A stretch of DNA of 64,000 nt from Ramazzottius varieornatus (lineage: Eukaryota > Animalia > Tardigrada): the NCBI GenBank assembly GCA_001949185.1, contig BDGG01000003.1, positions 701,197-765,196 of the forward strand, written 5' to 3'. Shown one piece after another: positions 61,740 through 64,000 of the stretch. The notes beneath the pieces were generated by a model. It made no database searches and had not been told where the DNA came from. It saw only the letters and a list, made by a program, of their open reading frames with translations. The position numbers and the translations under genes were made by a program. Every line of letters starts with the position of its first letter. Position 1 is the stretch's first letter.

Positions 61740-63900
61740 GAAAACCATTCAAGAGTATCTGTTGAATAAAGTCTTCGCTGCAGGTAATCACGAATTGCCC
61801 ATTGTAAGAAACGAGATCCCGACAAAAGAGGATCTCGCCGTTGATCTTACCCCGCTCATCCAGTATTATGGCCTCTGTCGGATTGAATGCGCTCACTCCG
61901 AATCTACCGAGCTGCAGAGGGCGTCAGATATATAATGTTGCTGCTTTACCAATTCATGCATACCAAGACAGTATGCTACCGTATCACAGCGATGCCCACC
62001 ACGGTTAAACTTCTGGAATCTTGAATTTATAGTCAATTAGAAAGCGGCGGACAGTTTGAAACGACCCGATGACTCATATACATCATCAATCAATATACCA
62101 TTTGCTCGCGCCGATGAATTAAAGGTTACTACAGTCAGCTCGTTTGGAACCGATACAAAAGTTTTCGGTTTCGATTTGAGGCTGACGAACATTCACCGCA
62201 AGGCCTGCCAAGCTGAAGGCGAAAATTACATAAGACATCCGTTTTACTATGTTACGACTGCGTAATCAAGTAATCAAGTGACAGGTATTGGCTGCGTGGG
62301 CGTGGCGAGCGATGTTGTTAACTTCGAACGATTTCTGTAATTCGAACTTGGAAAGTTTTGTACGGACTTCGAACGCGCTGGCTCGTTCTGGTTTCCCGTC
62401 CGCATACAGAACTGTCGCTCTAGACTTCCCTCGGAATATCGACGCGTCGTTCGCAGTTATACAGTTCAAGTTTGTCCCCACAACATAGAATGAAAGAGGT
62501 ACCTACGTTTACCGCTGTTGTCCATGTGTTTGATAAAATCATACCGAAAACTGATTTTATTCTTATGCGCTAGCTCATTCACGATAGCCTTGAAATCAAC
62601 CACTGTACGAAAGCACGTTACTAAAACAGTCAGCGAGCGGATGCGTGAAGCAGGCGCGGAACATGGGGGTACCGTGTCCAGACGTGTTACTATTGCGGTC
62701 TAAGGGTAGCAAATTTCCACTGTCTCTTTCCGAGCTGGACCGACTGACACAAGGCAGCTCCAAGTAAGCAGGCTGTCAGCACGCAGATTTCGGTCTGGGA
62801 CAGACGACTGGCTACTGCAGTGCTGCACGGGCTGCGTGTTGGTATTGGCAGCATGTGGTTAGCCTAGCTACTAGTTCTACCTCTTCCCTGGACAAAAAAG
62901 TACTCAGACGACAAGAAAATGTGCGGATTTCGAAGCAAGAACCAGTCGGACTCACGCCGTAGATTCCGAACGACTGAGAGAAGCAGATCGTCCTATCATC
63001 GTTCTAATAAGTTCTCAAAGCTTGGACTTACAAAATGCTGTAGTACCGTGGTCCGTGAAGACAAAAGGTTGATGTCTGGAGCGAACTCGCTGAACGATCG
63101 ATAACGGTACCGCGAAGGTTTAAATGACAGTTCTTCTTTGAGCAATATCGAAAGGCTGCTCTGTACTATTGAGCCGCCAATGATGCAAATAACCGAACAA
63201 GCCCAGAGGCTCAAGAAAGGAGAATGTAATGTCGGAAAAATTCCCAACATGTATTTCAGGATTCCTGAACACATTTCAAGATCCCTGAAGTGCTTTTTTT
63301 AGGGTCACCGAAAAGCATTTTAGGATTCCTGAACTATCCCGGAAATCCCGGAATGTGTTTTAGGAATTCTAAAACACATGTTAGGAATCCTGAAATATAT
63401 GTTGAGAATTTTTCCGACATTACATCCTCCTTTTTTGAGCCTCTTGGCCTGCTCGTTCACTTGGATCATTGGCCACCCATTCTCTACAACACCGTTGCTC
63501 GATCCCACGAATGGGAACCCGGATGTTGTTGATGAAGACGCAAAAGCTTTGAGGTCAGATAACGAAGAGGTTCAGCCCATTTACTGTCATTTCTACGAAA
63601 ACCCTACTGTGCTTGGCGAACTGCGTTTGGGAGCTTGACTACGCGTGTCCGTGAGTTCGTGACAGAACAAGGAGCCCCCAATGATCGTACCATCGTGACT
63701 ACATCAAACTACCACGCAAAATGCGATAACTGATGGTACCCATTCTCACCATTCGCTCCACCTACTGCATATATTCGCTGCACCGGAACAGTACGTTCAC
63801 GTACGTATGCCTGACTATGCGACCCAGCAGGGAGCTGCGCAAGCAGTGGATTCGGACCAGGGCTGTACTTCTCATGTGTGATGAGGTACTGCGCGCATGC
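61740..63900 (-). mobile_element. Probable highly degenerate Helitron RepHel (PIF1-like helicase) remnant
   Basis: Collinear motifs on the minus strand: QRIYAV...GE, NDSKW, MFVSLK, A*IGKAATL (motif Ia), IILDE (II), EDFIQ (III-like); many stops and frameshifts. Confidence 0.5.
63176..63477. repeat. Inverted duplication with ~100-bp arms
   Basis: GCCAATGAT.CAA...AGAGGCTCAA.AAAGGAG.ATGTAATGTCGGAAAAATTC.CAACAT.TATTTCAGGATTCCT occurs on both strands. Confidence 0.85.
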
Positions 63901-64000
63901 ACCGAACACTTACAGTATCAGTTTGAGGTCTCATGTAAGTCGAAAATGATTTTACTTACACGAGTAAGATGCTCAGAGACGTTCCGGAAAAGGCTGCTCC

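Overview
Eukaryotic (animal) genomic DNA, not prokaryotic: compact genes with many short GT-AG introns, no operons, CRISPR array, rRNA or tRNA recognised. The gene set and intron size fit a compact invertebrate genome such as a tardigrade (inference only). The left ~22.5 kb is an unstable accessory zone. It holds a nearly intact pogo transposon, a decayed coiled-coil+BEN gene ending in a CACTG-type terminus, three copies of a small secreted basic/Thr/Cys-rich protein gene that I do not recognise, a Tigger-like remnant and many MITEs. It also contains a patchwork of intron-containing fragments of host genes (acid lipase, PI4KA, DDX11), part of which is duplicated. The rest holds ordinary genes: DDX11(-), AGFG1/drongo(+), anchored alpha carbonic anhydrase(-), RTK-like pseudokinase(-), TMEM55/PIP4P(-), GABARAP(+), UBFD1(-), microsomal epoxide hydrolase(-) and a Ly6/three-finger gene(+) with a 1-nt frameshift. 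Their larger introns are filled with DNA transposons (pogo-like, hAT, MITEs). The window ends in a probable decayed Helitron helicase. All family assignments come from motif recognition by eye; no searches were run.
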